DNA of 63,104 nucleotides, filler included, from Reclinomonas americana ATCC 50394 (lineage: Eukaryota): NCBI GenBank assembly GCA_048213135.1. It is 7 parts of 7 records of this genome, joined end to end, with 100 filler letters (N's around TTAATTAATTAA, not from the genome) between each part and the next. Parts side by side here need not be neighbours in the genome. Positions count along the whole stretch, not along the records: positions 58,665 to 63,104 come from PS015826.1; 6 more parts are not named here. One strand, given 5' to 3'. Numbering within the stretch: the stretch's first letter is position 1; each line of letters opens with the position of its first letter. This document shows positions 61,980 through 63,104 of the stretch, in pieces. The notes under the pieces were generated by a model. The model was not told the origin of the DNA. It was given only the letters and a program-made list of their open reading frames with translations, and searched no databases. The position numbers and the translations under genes were made by a program.

Positions 61980-62442
61980 TTACTCTTTTGTCTTGTCCTT
62001 CCCGATATCTGTGAAGTTGAGTGGTGGTTTGTGCAAGAGGGGTGACTTGCAGAAGTCATGAGAATCCCTCCGTGCGACGCTGCATGCGCAGACAGCTGCA
62101 GTGAAAGTTTGATCATGAATTGTCGATATTATAATTACGTTCACAAGCTCCCGTGCTGTCGCATGCTCCGCTTGCTTACCCTACTGCACAGTATACGTAG
62201 CAACATCGATAATATCCTCTTTCCGCCAGACGGGTGCTTTTCCTGTGGACGAAAAATTCACCCCGACGCCGCACCTTACACAAAATTGGTCGCACCACTC
62301 GGCGCTTGTTTTGTGCAGTAGTAGATGCACCCATCACTGCCAGCAATGCATCCGCAACGTGCTTGCGCGCTGCGCCACCAGTTTCCACACTAGACTTGCG
62401 TAAACTCTCAAATTCCTCAGCAAAAACAAATTGTCTTCTCTC

Positions 62443-63104
62443 TCAAGCGACTGCGGCCGCCGAGGCTTCGCGCCGGTTGCATGGTCTCTTGTGCGGCGAC
62501 GTGCACACTGCCGCATACTCGTCGCTGTTGCCCTCATCGCCGTCGTCATCGCTCTCCCACGTGCCGTCACTTGACAGCGACGACTCGTCAGCATCGTCGC
62601 CGTCATCGTCGTCGTCATCGTCGCGGAAGCGCTCACTGTGTCGCTGCTTGCGGGAGGCGGTCGCCGACGACACGACTCGAGAGAGTAGCATGAGTGCATC
62701 CTCGCCACTCCCATCCGCAGCAGCGACACCCGCCGCGGAATACGCTCTGCGTGTGTGCGTGAGAGAGGCGCTACCCATTGCATCACATGCACACGAACGA
62801 CGACGCAACTGCGCCTGCTTGGCGGCTTTCCGACGTCGCTCGCTGGAGCTGCCGCCACCGCCACCACTGCTGCTGCTGCTGCCACCGCTTGTGTTGCTAC
62901 TGTCTGAGGCCGCTGATATTCTTCTCTCGGCCGGTGTCGTCGTGGTGGTGGTGGTCGTGGTAATCGACGTGTCGGTGATGGTGACGGTGGTGGTGGTGGA
63001 GGAGGAGGAGGAAGAAGAGGAGGTAGAGGTGGCCCCCGCAGCGTGGGCGGGGATCTGCAGGCTGGTGCCGCGGGAGCGCTGGTCCAGCATCTGCATCCAT
63101 CGCG
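62443..63104 (-). CDS. 3' part of a low-complexity hypothetical gene
   Basis: ORF 62443-63096 with acidic and Ser/Thr runs; runs off the window. Confidence 0.45.
   Translation of the reverse strand, partial: RWMQMLDQRSRGTSLQIPAHAAGATSTSSSSSSSSTTTTVTITDTSITTTTTTTTTPAERRISAASDSSNTSGGSSSSSGGGGGSSSERRRKAAKQAQLRRRSCACDAMGSASLTHTRRAYSAAGVAAADGSGEDALMLLSRVVSSATASRKQRHSERFRDDDDDDDGDDADESSLSSDGTWESDDDGDEGNSDEYAAVCTSPHKRPCNRREASAAAVA

Noticed and set aside
1..63104. U12-type introns, tRNA/rRNA genes
   Set aside because: No RTATCCTT donors or recognisable structural RNA genes seen by eye.

Overview
Gapped draft scaffold from a GC-rich, gene-dense, intron-rich unicellular eukaryote. Most introns are about 60-100 nt, GT-AG, and the standard genetic code fits. 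Six artificial N-TTAATTAATTAA-N spacers and 454-type noise mark contig joins. Genes recognisable after manual splicing: nicotinamidase (PNC1), a Furry/Tao3-like scaffold, PAN3, a bacterial-type ABM (COG3224-like) membrane protein head-to-head with a NADAR/YbiA gene, the N-terminal to FAT part of TOR, and a Sct1/Gpt2-type glycerol-3-phosphate acyltransferase. There is also a decayed RLE-type non-LTR retrotransposon and about ten unannotatable genes. The most striking observation is two registers of 5' splice site. Exons ending in G mostly use G|GTNYGT, while exons ending in A/C/T mostly use a one-base-shifted H|GTTGCG(T), with variants GTTGTGT, GTTTCGT and GTTGAGT. This resembles the rare shifted-U1-pairing donors described in mammals, but here it is a major class. 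All gene models are manual parses without transcript evidence.
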